The notes under the pieces are model-generated. The model was given only the letters and a program-made list of their open reading frames with translations. It was not told where the DNA came from and searched no databases. A program made the translations under genes and the position numbers. Shown one piece after another: positions 40,820-49,300 of a DNA stretch of 64,000 nucleotides. This stretch comes from Thermoplasmatales archaeon (GTDB taxonomy: Archaea > Thermoplasmatota > E2 > DHVEG-1), in the NCBI GenBank assembly GCA_030672305.1, contig DAOVGR010000052.1, positions 3,961-67,960 of the forward strand, given 5' to 3'. The stretch's first letter is position 1, and each line of letters begins with the position of its first letter.

Positions 40820-41998
40820 ATGGATAAAATAGATCCAATATGTGGGATGAAAGGTACCATCCCCGCTCATGATCATTATTTTTGCAGCGAGCATTGTATT
40901 AAAAAATATGAAGAGCAACATGGCATATCAGAAGAAAAAAAGTATTGTCCAAGTTGTGCTGTAAAAGCTGGAACACCTTGGTATAAAGAAAGAATTTTTA
41001 TTGTAACATTAATAACATTGATAGTTCTTTCTCTTGGATATTTTTTAGATCCTGAAAAAAAAATCTTTAATGCTTTTATGGATTATTTATTATTAATATG
41101 GTGGGCAGTGTTAATAGGTTTTTTAATAGGTGGAATAATTGACTATTTTATACCAAGATCATATATTGAAAAATATTTATCTCGCCATCAAAAGAGAACT
41201 ATTGTATATTCAATAATATTTGGATTTCTAATGAGTGCTTGTTCACATGGAATTTTAGCAATAGCAATAGAATTATATAAAAAAGGAGCAAGCACCTCCT
41301 CAGTTGTTTCATTTCTATTAGCATCTCCATGGGCTAATCTCCCAATTACTTTTTTACTATTCGGATTTTTTGGAATTAAAGCGGGGTTAATAATAGTCTC
41401 TGCAATTATTATTGCTCTTATCACAGGTTTGATATTTCAAAGACTAGAAAAAAAAGGTTGGGTAGAATGTGATAAATGTAAAATCGGAGAGGATAAAGCC
41501 GTACTTTCTGATTTTTCTATTATTAAAGACATTAAACGGAGATTTAAAGAATATAAGTTTTCAGCAAAAAACAACATAACAGCAATAAAAGGTACATTTA
41601 GGGGTTCATGGGCATTGACAAAGATGGTGATGTGGTGGTTAATAATGGGAATGTTAATGGCTGCATTTGCTCGTGCATACATTCCTCATGAATTATTCAA
41701 ACAATATATGGGGCCAACATTTCTTGGATTAATTGTAACATTAATCTTTGCAACGATTATTGAAGTATGCTCAGAAGGAAGCTCTCCACTTGCTTTTGAA
41801 ATATACGAAAAATCACTTGAAGCAGGAGCACCTGCATTTGGTAACTCTTTTACATTTTTAATGGCAGGAGTTGCTACAGATTACACAGAAATTGGACTTA
41901 TCTGGCATAATATTGGAAGAAGAGCAGCTCTATGGATACCTCTAATTACAGTTCCACAAATTCTCATCTTGGGTTATTTATTTAATATACTATTATAA
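40820..41998 (+). CDS. DUF318/ArsP-family permease with N-terminal YHS/TRASH metal-binding domain
   Basis: DPICGM...YFCSEHC; ACSHG, FLLASP, EVCSEG, FLMAG; multiple TM segments. Confidence 0.85.
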   Translation: MDKIDPICGMKGTIPAHDHYFCSEHCIKKYEEQHGISEEKKYCPSCAVKAGTPWYKERIFIVTLITLIVLSLGYFLDPEKKIFNAFMDYLLLIWWAVLIGFLIGGIIDYFIPRSYIEKYLSRHQKRTIVYSIIFGFLMSACSHGILAIAIELYKKGASTSSVVSFLLASPWANLPITFLLFGFFGIKAGLIIVSAIIIALITGLIFQRLEKKGWVECDKCKIGEDKAVLSDFSIIKDIKRRFKEYKFSAKNNITAIKGTFRGSWALTKMVMWWLIMGMLMAAFARAYIPHELFKQYMGPTFLGLIVTLIFATIIEVCSEGSSPLAFEIYEKSLEAGAPAFGNSFTFLMAGVATDYTEIGLIWHNIGRRAALWIPLITVPQILILGYLFNILL

Positions 41999-42120
41999 AA
42001 TAAAATTAAAATCGTTTATTTTTTGGATATATTCTCATAATTAACAGAAAATTTTATATTACCATGGTGTTTAATAAATAATAAATATATAATAAAGTAA
42101 TTGTAATTGGGAGGTTGTAA

Positions 42121-44217
42121 ATGAAGAAAATTTTACCATTAATATTAATAGGAATTTTAGTACTTAGTGGATTTGGAGCTGTAGCAATAAATAGTGACAA
42201 TGAAAAACTTCAATTAAAAACAATAAGATCAATCACACCTATTAAAGGAGGGCGTGATTTTACCCATCCGGTTCTTGGGGAGTTTGGTACTGCTACCTGG
42301 TGTGGTTATTGTAAATTTGCACACTCGGCATTAAAGGAAATCTACAGCGAGGGATTTTATCCATTTCATTATATATCAATGGTTGGGGATAAAAATAAGA
42401 ATGCTTATGATAGAATAAAAGAGGATTATAATCTCTATGGTTATCCAACATTATGGTTTGATGGCGGTTATATAGTAAATGTTGGTGCAGGAAGTACTGA
42501 AGGTGCTAAAGCTACATATAATACAAGCATAAATTCATGTGGAAGCAGAGGTGTAAATGATGTTGATATATCACTTGACGTCGAATGGCTTGGACCGGAT
42601 AATCCCAATCCAGCAGATGGTATTACTGAAGTAGCTATTGAGAAATGTCTTAGTTGGACAAACTCAGAAATGAAGATTTCAGTTACAGTTGATAATAATG
42701 AAGGGAGTACATACGAAGGTACCCTACGTGTATATGTAAACGAAGTTGTATCTTCAATGGACTGGGATGATCAATTTGGCAATCCATATACTTTCCCATT
42801 TTTAGATTTTGCATTTGAGGAGGAAATTTCAATAAATGCTGGACAAACATGGGGAGACAATACATACTGGGATGGTAAAAATTATAATGATGGATATGGA
42901 AACGATTTTAGAGATATAACTCAAGAAAATATAATGGTAATTGCTGCGGTATTTGATGATGAAGTGCATGATGGATATTCTTATCCTCCAAGTGGATATC
43001 CATTTGATGCATATTACGTTGATGAAACTGAAGGTTTTCTTGCAGGTGTTGACACGGATCCAAAAACATTTGATGTCTATTTTGGTGAAAGTAGTCCTCC
43101 ACCTAAAGTATCCAGTAATCAATCCGATTTGGAGTATTGTCCCAATAATCTAGAATTCAGTACAACATATTATTGGCAAATTGTGTTATGGGATAATCAG
43201 GGATCCTCATTTACCGGACCAATATGGAGTTTCACAACAAGAGGTAATGATCCTCCAAATTCACCAAGTGATCCCGATCCAGAAGATGGAGAAACTGATA
43301 TTCCCATCAACACCTGTATTAGCTGGATATCTGATGATCCTGATGGTGATAATGTAACCTATGATATCTATTTTGGTGACATTAATCCCCCACCAAAAGT
43401 ATCCAGTAATCAGAGCAGTACAACATATTGCCCTGATGAGGTACTCGAATTTGATACAATTTATTATTGGAAGATTGTTGCGTGGGACGAATATGGAGAA
43501 ATTTCAATTGGAGCAACATGGAATTTCAAAACCGAACCAAATTATCCACCAAATACACCGAGTGATCCTGATCCTCCAGACGGAGCAAATGATGTATCTA
43601 TTAACAAGCTTCTAAAATGGGTTGGTGGAGACCCGAATCAGGGAGACAAGGTTATGTATGATGTATACTTTGGCACGAGTAGTCCTCCTCCACTAGTAGT
43701 TGAAGACCTACTTCAAACAGCTTATGATCCTGGTATAATGGAAGTAGAAACAATATATTATTGGCAGATAATTGCAGAAGATATGGAGAGTATAACTACA
43801 ACAGGACCATTATGGTATTTCACAACAGAAGTTGAACACAATGAACCACCTACACTACCAGATATTGATGGCCCAGTAAGGGGATCAGCAAATGTGGAGT
43901 TATGCTGGACATTTCATTCAGATGATCCTAATGATCACTTTATCAGATATAATATTGACTGGGGAGATGGAAACTCTGAAGTAACATTGTATTATGAACC
44001 TTGTACACCAAAAGAAGTATGTCATACCTACGAGAAAAAAGGGTCATATATCATAAAAGCTACTGCTGAAGACGAAGAAGGACTTTTTAGCGGAGAAAGC
44101 ACATTTGAATTAATAATTCCAAGAAACAGAGCAATATACAATCGATTTCTCTTACGGTTGTTTGAACGATTTTTAAATGAAAATCTGATCCTCAAATATA
44201 TTCTAGGGATATTTTAG
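42121..44217 (+). CDS. Secreted Omp28/thioredoxin-like (CxxC) protein with FN3-like repeats, PKD and C-terminal tag
   Basis: EFGTATWCGYC, GYPTLWFDGG; three YDVYFG..PP...YYW.I...GP.W.FTT repeats. Confidence 0.8.
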   Translation: MKKILPLILIGILVLSGFGAVAINSDNEKLQLKTIRSITPIKGGRDFTHPVLGEFGTATWCGYCKFAHSALKEIYSEGFYPFHYISMVGDKNKNAYDRIKEDYNLYGYPTLWFDGGYIVNVGAGSTEGAKATYNTSINSCGSRGVNDVDISLDVEWLGPDNPNPADGITEVAIEKCLSWTNSEMKISVTVDNNEGSTYEGTLRVYVNEVVSSMDWDDQFGNPYTFPFLDFAFEEEISINAGQTWGDNTYWDGKNYNDGYGNDFRDITQENIMVIAAVFDDEVHDGYSYPPSGYPFDAYYVDETEGFLAGVDTDPKTFDVYFGESSPPPKVSSNQSDLEYCPNNLEFSTTYYWQIVLWDNQGSSFTGPIWSFTTRGNDPPNSPSDPDPEDGETDIPINTCISWISDDPDGDNVTYDIYFGDINPPPKVSSNQSSTTYCPDEVLEFDTIYYWKIVAWDEYGEISIGATWNFKTEPNYPPNTPSDPDPPDGANDVSINKLLKWVGGDPNQGDKVMYDVYFGTSSPPPLVVEDLLQTAYDPGIMEVETIYYWQIIAEDMESITTTGPLWYFTTEVEHNEPPTLPDIDGPVRGSANVELCWTFHSDDPNDHFIRYNIDWGDGNSEVTLYYEPCTPKEVCHTYEKKGSYIIKATAEDEEGLFSGESTFELIIPRNRAIYNRFLLRLFERFLNENLILKYILGIF

Positions 44218-44250
44218 TCCAAAATTCTCTTTCTTTTTTTTTTTATTTTT
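44205..44250 (+). terminator. Hairpin plus U-tract terminator
   Basis: AGGGA(T)ATTTT/AAAATTCTCT imperfect stem, then a long T run. Confidence 0.55.
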
Positions 44251-44339
44251 CAGATTATTAATGGAAAATTTTAAAATACTAGGTAAATTATTAACAATTG
44301 TAAATATACTAAAAAGCAATTTTACAAAGGGGGTAGAAA

Positions 44340-46424
44340 ATGAAGAAAATTTTACCGTTATTAGTAATAGGAATTTTGATTCTTAGCGGATTTGGAGCTG
44401 TTGCACTAAATAGTGACAATGAAAAACTTATTTTTGAAAAAATAGAAAATGAAAAGAATGGTGATAAAGGAAATGAGTTCACTCATACTATTCTTGGAGA
44501 ATTCGGTACAGCTACATGGTGTGGCCATTGTTGGAAGGCACATGGTGCTTTAAAAAATATATATGCAGGTGGATGGCATCCTTTTTATTATGTTTCTTTA
44601 GTTGATGACGTAAATGTGCATTCTGAAAATAGAGTTGATGAATTGGTTATTAGCGGATATCCAACAGTATGGTTTGATGGTGGCTACAAAAAGGATGTAG
44701 GAGCAGCGAGTGTTGAAAGCGCTCAGGCACTTTATAACACTAGTATTGTTTCCTGTGGTGAAAGAGAAGTTTATGATATTGATATTGACCTGGATGTTAC
44801 TTGGAATGGAAATGCAGAGATGGATATAGATGTCTCTGTTGATAATAATGAAGATAGCTCATATAGTGGACACTTGCATGTATATGTATCAGAAATTCAG
44901 TCTTCTATGGGTTGGGAGGATACATCAGGAGTTCCCTATACTTTTCCATTTTTAGACTATGCATTTAATGAGGATATATCTATTTCAAGCGGAGGTACAT
45001 GGCAAGATTCTATTACTTGGGATGGACATAATTATAATAACGGTTATGGAGATGATTTTGGAGATATTACATATGGAAATATTATGGTTATTGGAGCAGT
45101 TTTTGATTCAGAAGAAGAATATGTTGATGACGCAACAGGATATAGAGTAGGTGATAATGCCGCTCCATATACTCCAAGCGATCCTGATCCAGAGGATGGT
45201 GATACAGATATTATCGTAGAGACTGATATTAGTTGGACTTGTACTGACCCTGATTTTGATGTTTTATCTTTTGATATATATCTTGGTGAAAGTTCTAATC
45301 CACCATTAGTAGCATCAGACATTGTTGGTACATCATATAATCCAGGATTACTAGATTTTAATACCAAATATTACTGGAAAATAGTTGCTAATGATCCTCA
45401 GGGGGCTTCAACATCCGGACCAATATGGGATTTCACAACTAGAGATAATGATCCACCGAACTCACCAAGCGATCCAAATCCAGCGGATGAAGAAACTGGT
45501 GTCCCAATAAATACTTGTATAAGCTGGACATGTGATGATCCTGATGGCGATGATGTAACTTATGATGTCTACTTCGGTAAGAATGGGGAAAACCTAATAT
45601 TAGTTTCGAGCAATCAAAGTAGTACAAATTATTGTCCCGAAGAACTTCTTGAATTTGAAACACGTTATGATTGGAAGATTATCGCTTGGGATGTATATGG
45701 ATTTTCAACAGTTGGTTCAACATGGTATTTCATAACTGAAAAAAACATTCCTCCAAATACACCAAGTGAACCAAATCCCCAAGATGGAGAAATTGACGTC
45801 CCAATTATCAAGCTTCTCAGATGGACAGGCGGAGACCAAAACCAAGGAGATAAAGTATATTATGATGTATACTTTGGCATAAGTAGCTCTCCTCCACTTG
45901 TTGCTGAAGATCTACTTCAAAACGCTTATGACCCTGGTACAATGGAAGTGGATACAACATATTATTGGCAGATTGTTTCAGAGGATAGTTCAGGTGCAAC
46001 CACAGCCGGTCCAATATGGCATTTCACTACTGAAGCAGAACCCAATCAACCACCAACTTCACCAGACATTGATGGTCCATCACAAGGGTCTGCAGGAACA
46101 GAGTTAAGCTGGACATTTCATTCAGATGATCCTGATGAAAACGATATCAAGTACATAATCGACTGGGGAGATGGAAAAAACTCTACAGAGACTGATTATT
46201 ATCCAGCATGTACACCTGTAGAGGTATGCCATATCTATGCAGAAGAAGGAACATATATTATAACAGCCACAGCAGAAGATATAAAAGGATCTAAAAGCGA
46301 TGAGAGTACATTTGAAATCACAATTCCAAGAACGAGGACTGTGCATCACCCTATACTCTTAAGAGTTTATGAAAAACTCCTAAATATGTTTCCAATAATA
46401 AGAAACTTGTTTGGACTAGAATAG
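44340..46424 (+). CDS. Tandem paralog of 42121-44217 (Omp28/thioredoxin-like)
   Basis: EFGTATWCGHC, GYPTVWFDGG; near-identical signal peptide and repeats. Confidence 0.8.
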   Translation: MKKILPLLVIGILILSGFGAVALNSDNEKLIFEKIENEKNGDKGNEFTHTILGEFGTATWCGHCWKAHGALKNIYAGGWHPFYYVSLVDDVNVHSENRVDELVISGYPTVWFDGGYKKDVGAASVESAQALYNTSIVSCGEREVYDIDIDLDVTWNGNAEMDIDVSVDNNEDSSYSGHLHVYVSEIQSSMGWEDTSGVPYTFPFLDYAFNEDISISSGGTWQDSITWDGHNYNNGYGDDFGDITYGNIMVIGAVFDSEEEYVDDATGYRVGDNAAPYTPSDPDPEDGDTDIIVETDISWTCTDPDFDVLSFDIYLGESSNPPLVASDIVGTSYNPGLLDFNTKYYWKIVANDPQGASTSGPIWDFTTRDNDPPNSPSDPNPADEETGVPINTCISWTCDDPDGDDVTYDVYFGKNGENLILVSSNQSSTNYCPEELLEFETRYDWKIIAWDVYGFSTVGSTWYFITEKNIPPNTPSEPNPQDGEIDVPIIKLLRWTGGDQNQGDKVYYDVYFGISSSPPLVAEDLLQNAYDPGTMEVDTTYYWQIVSEDSSGATTAGPIWHFTTEAEPNQPPTSPDIDGPSQGSAGTELSWTFHSDDPDENDIKYIIDWGDGKNSTETDYYPACTPVEVCHIYAEEGTYIITATAEDIKGSKSDESTFEITIPRTRTVHHPILLRVYEKLLNMFPIIRNLFGLE

Positions 46425-46450
46425 TCCAAATTTCTCTCTTTTTTTTTATT
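46410..46450 (+). terminator. Hairpin plus U-tract terminator
   Basis: Perfect TTTGGACTA-GAA-TAGTCCAAA, then TTTCTCTCTTTTTTTTT. Confidence 0.65.
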
Positions 46451-46486
46451 AATTTATAAAAACTACATAGAAATAATAATATTAAA

Positions 46487-47506
46487 CTAGGATAAAATCT
46501 CATCAAATTGATAGTTTTCCCATTTTTTAAATCCTAATAAAATATCAAGTTCAATAGGTGTTATTATTGGAACTTTATATTGCATATAATCATCAATTGC
46601 AACCCTTGGACAAGCTGTAGAAACAAAACAATCAATATCTTTAAGGCCCTCTAAATAAAATGGAGAAAAATGATTTAATGAAAAAATATATGATTTCTTT
46701 TTTTTCGAATCAAGTATTTCCTTAATTTTATATGCTAATTCAATACGTTGTTGACCTAATTTTGTACCAATAATAATTCCAAAAACTTTTGCGTCTTTTG
46801 AGCGAGCAATAGCGCCATAACGCTGTCTAAGTATCATATCTTTCAAATCTGCTAATTCTTTTTCTCTTACCTCATTTGTATAAGGATCACATACTATAAC
46901 CTGTTTTTTAGTAATGAGAATCAAACCTAAAGGATGAAAATTTCCACTACCTATAAATAAAAATGTATCTACCTCATCTGCAATTGATTTTGCTGCTGAA
47001 AAATTACATCCAAGAATCTGACCATTTAATTCAATACGATCATCTCCTTTTCCAATAATTGGTTCAAATTTATTATCAGTAAGTATTTTTTTTACTTTTT
47101 CAAACATATGTATATGTTGCCCAGTTGAAATCAATCCAACTTTTTTTCCTTTGATTTTTGGAATAGCTTTTTCTACAACCTTTGAAATATCTAAAATAGA
47201 TACAACATCAACAAATACAGTTTGAATTTTCGGATTTTTAATTACAGGAATAGAGGTATGGCCTATATGAATAATTAATTCAACATCTAACTTTTTTAAA
47301 TCATATGTTGGAATATCACATGCTCCAAAGCAGGGATCTGCAGAAATTATTACCTTAGCATTTGTTTTTTCTTCAATGAAATCAACAAATTTAAAAAAAT
47401 GGGTTTTTAATCCATCTGGAACCTGTAATAAAACTTGTTGGTAATTATTTTTATTTATATTTTTAACAACATTTTCTAAGTTAATTTCATATCCTGTTAT
47501 TTTCAA
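46487..47506 (-). CDS. dph2: Diphthamide biosynthesis enzyme Dph2
   Basis: LQ.PDGLK, CFGACD, HIGH, GQILGCN, GNFHP, TK.GQ, TACPR (three Fe-S Cys). Confidence 0.95.
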   Translation of the reverse strand: MKITGYEINLENVVKNINKNNYQQVLLQVPDGLKTHFFKFVDFIEEKTNAKVIISADPCFGACDIPTYDLKKLDVELIIHIGHTSIPVIKNPKIQTVFVDVVSILDISKVVEKAIPKIKGKKVGLISTGQHIHMFEKVKKILTDNKFEPIIGKGDDRIELNGQILGCNFSAAKSIADEVDTFLFIGSGNFHPLGLILITKKQVIVCDPYTNEVREKELADLKDMILRQRYGAIARSKDAKVFGIIIGTKLGQQRIELAYKIKEILDSKKKKSYIFSLNHFSPFYLEGLKDIDCFVSTACPRVAIDDYMQYKVPIITPIELDILLGFKKWENYQFDEILS

Positions 47507-47562
47507 AATTTAACCCTCACTTACTTTTTTTTAAAGTTTTCTTAAGGCATCAATCCCCAACT

Positions 47563-48165
47563 CTATCTTTTTTCCATCCCAATTATGTTCCAATACTCAG
47601 GTGGATCTAATTCAGTATCCACAGTTATATGTTTAATAAGGAGCTTGGGGTAGATACCTTTTAAATCGTCCAAATCTACGTTTTCGAATTTCTTCAAGTT
47701 ATTAAGATAAGCTTGTTCTGTTAGAGCATTTGATTCGTAGTTTTCTTTAGTTCTTTTCAATATTCGATTGATACTCGCATCTTTGGAACAATTGGTCTGT
47801 AGAATCACAAAGATTTTGTTCTGTGCTGCAGCAATACCCGCAGCTCTTCTCCGGAGCTCTTGAGTTACGAAAGTCGCATCTAAAATTACGCCACCATCTT
47901 TTTGCAAAGTCTCTTCTGCACGTTTGAACATCTCGTCATATACACGTTTTCGTATCTCATAATTATTAGCTATCTTCTCATCGAAGATATCCATGTCTTT
48001 AAGTACTTCACGTCTAATCAAATCGGTTCTAAGTATAGGAAATCCTTTCATCTTTGACACTTCCGCTGTAGTTTCAGTCTTCCAAGATCCTGGAAGACCA
48101 CATGCAATAAGAAGAGTTCCCGGTTCAAGTTCATTTTCTATAAATTTTGCAAAAGGTTCCTTCAT
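47563..48165 (-). CDS. AAA_33/P-loop kinase-like protein
   Basis: CGLPGSWKT, LRTDLIRRE, VILDATF. Confidence 0.8.
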   Translation of the reverse strand: MKEPFAKFIENELEPGTLLIACGLPGSWKTETTAEVSKMKGFPILRTDLIRREVLKDMDIFDEKIANNYEIRKRVYDEMFKRAEETLQKDGGVILDATFVTQELRRRAAGIAAAQNKIFVILQTNCSKDASINRILKRTKENYESNALTEQAYLNNLKKFENVDLDDLKGIYPKLLIKHITVDTELDPPEYWNIIGMEKR

Positions 48166-48259
48166 ATCTTCACAACCTTATGATAGTAACTTAAATCACT
48201 TCTCCTAAATATCATCATATATATATTATTAATTTTCTAGTCCCTCCCTATAATTAATC

Positions 48260-49276
48260 TTAGATATAAGAATATGCCAATGCAAAATATCGCTGAGCCG
48301 TATCTCTTGATTCAATTTTTTTATCATCGGACACAGAAGAATCTTTCAATATGAAACTTGTGACCTTTCCTCTCACGTAAGCTCTGTATATCTTGTAAAA
48401 GTTTATAAGACAATGGATAAGTTGATCATCCTTCTCACCTACATGGATTAGATAGGCTTTACAAAGCTGTTTAGACAAACTCATACCACCGTTAAACTCA
48501 AGATCCATAAGGAGAAAGGCGATATCAGAGAGAGTATCTGAGTATCTAAACCTATCATTGAACTCAATGCAGTCAAAGATGATAATTGGATCTGTAAGAC
48601 AGATATGCTCCATATGAAGGTCGCCATGACAATCTCTAATTTTACCGTTCTTAACCCGTTGAGCTAATAGTTCCCTATTTTCTTTATAAAACTTGTCAGT
48701 CCAGTTTTTTAAGCCATGGTATTGTTCTTTTGAAATAGAATCGCCAACAAATTCTGCTGTCTGTTTGAAGTTTTCATCTGTATTGAATTTGACAACATTA
48801 AGGTTACCGAATTTATCGATTTCTTTTGACTCTTGAGACACCTTGTGAAAAGCAGCAATTGCATCAGCGATTTTCTCAAGATCATTTACAGTAACAGTGC
48901 CTTTCATAAATCTTGATTTTAAGAGATCTTCATCTGATAACCGTCTCATCTTTACTGCATAGTCTACAATCTCTCCTTTTCCATTGATGGTATGTTTTGT
49001 ACCGTCGAAGGTCACAGGGTAAACACCGAGGTAGACATCCTGGGAAAAACGGTTATTTAGTTCAACCTCCTTATTGCAAAAATAGTTTCTTTTTACCAGG
49101 GTTGAGAAATCCAGAAACTGAAAATTCACTGGTTTCTTAATCTTGTAGACAAATTCGTCCCCAATGAAAACAGTGGAGATGTGTGTTTGGGCCAATTTAA
49201 TCTTATCGGGCATCTCAGGATAAGCTGAAGGTTGCATTAAATCGTCAATCAGTTTTGATTGTTCCATTGATATCAT
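48260..49276 (-). CDS. Aminoglycoside-phosphotransferase-like protein (COG2187 type)
   Basis: QTHIS, YKIKKPV.F.FLDFSTL, DCHGDLH, FDCIEFNDRFR..D, YRAYVRGKV. Confidence 0.88.
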   Translation of the reverse strand: MISMEQSKLIDDLMQPSAYPEMPDKIKLAQTHISTVFIGDEFVYKIKKPVNFQFLDFSTLVKRNYFCNKEVELNNRFSQDVYLGVYPVTFDGTKHTINGKGEIVDYAVKMRRLSDEDLLKSRFMKGTVTVNDLEKIADAIAAFHKVSQESKEIDKFGNLNVVKFNTDENFKQTAEFVGDSISKEQYHGLKNWTDKFYKENRELLAQRVKNGKIRDCHGDLHMEHICLTDPIIIFDCIEFNDRFRYSDTLSDIAFLLMDLEFNGGMSLSKQLCKAYLIHVGEKDDQLIHCLINFYKIYRAYVRGKVTSFILKDSSVSDDKKIESRDTAQRYFALAYSYI

Positions 49277-49300
49277 GGAAAAGCTGATCTTTTAAAAGTT

